Shown here: piece by piece, positions 63,727-64,000 of the stretch
Layout: each line of letters starts with the position of its first letter
Position numbering within the stretch: the stretch's first letter is position 1
Source: Protoeuglena noctilucae
Lineage: Eukaryota
Direction: 5' to 3'
Assembly: GCA_958009085.1 (NCBI GenBank)
Contig: OY253668.1
Coordinates: 1,240,001 to 1,304,000 of the forward strand
Length of the DNA: 64,000 nucleotides
Program-made: the position numbers and the translations under genes
The notes under the pieces: generated by a model
Databases searched by the model: none
What the model saw: the letters and a program-made list of their open reading frames with translations, nothing else
What the model was told of the DNA's origin: nothing

Positions 63727-64000
63727 TTAGGGTTTTAAAAGGTGCCCCAGCTGCCCATAAGCGTTGCAAAACCAGGAGCTGCAACCTGAAGCTCCGTGAC
63801 GGCGGCTCCTGCTAGCGCCTGGAGGCGCGGCGAGGCCATCATGACCCAGCCCGCCGCAGCGGGTCCCGCGCCGGGCGCAGGGTCGGGTGGGGGCGGGAAG
63901 CAGGCAGGACAGCGGTCCCCATGTGAGCGGGCAGATGAAGATGTCGCAACTCCATCGCGTGGCTGCGGACCCGACCATCACGGCTCGCTGTGCGGGCGCC
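63727..64000 (-). other. Possible 3' end or fragment of an RCC1-repeat gene entering from outside the window
   Basis: SWFCNAYGQLGH resembles the RCC1 WGxNxYGQLG motif. Only one motif is visible. Confidence 0.3.

Overview
GC-rich, gene-dense eukaryotic nuclear DNA, most likely from a green alga (chlorophyte). This is inferred from short (mostly ~80-200 nt) spliceosomal introns, plastid-type genes (ClpS1, GNAT3-like, PRC-barrel) and a PTB-type Na+/Pi transporter. I can reconstruct about 28 intron-containing protein genes; exon joins were made by hand from reading frame and motif continuity. I found no rRNA, complete tRNA, CRISPR array or intact mobile element. The strongest signal is the splicing code: I traced 24 GC-AG introns, 22 with the donor G|GCGAG, roughly one in five of the introns by my hand estimate. 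Other points of note are a spliced F-box + RCC1 + R3H protein that the ORF track hides, a surface protein with four Cys-bridged FN3-like repeats and Ser-Pro rods, an F-box-ankyrin gene, and an AAC4-like nuclease-fold gene. Several single-base frameshifts, mostly in homopolymers, are probably assembly errors.
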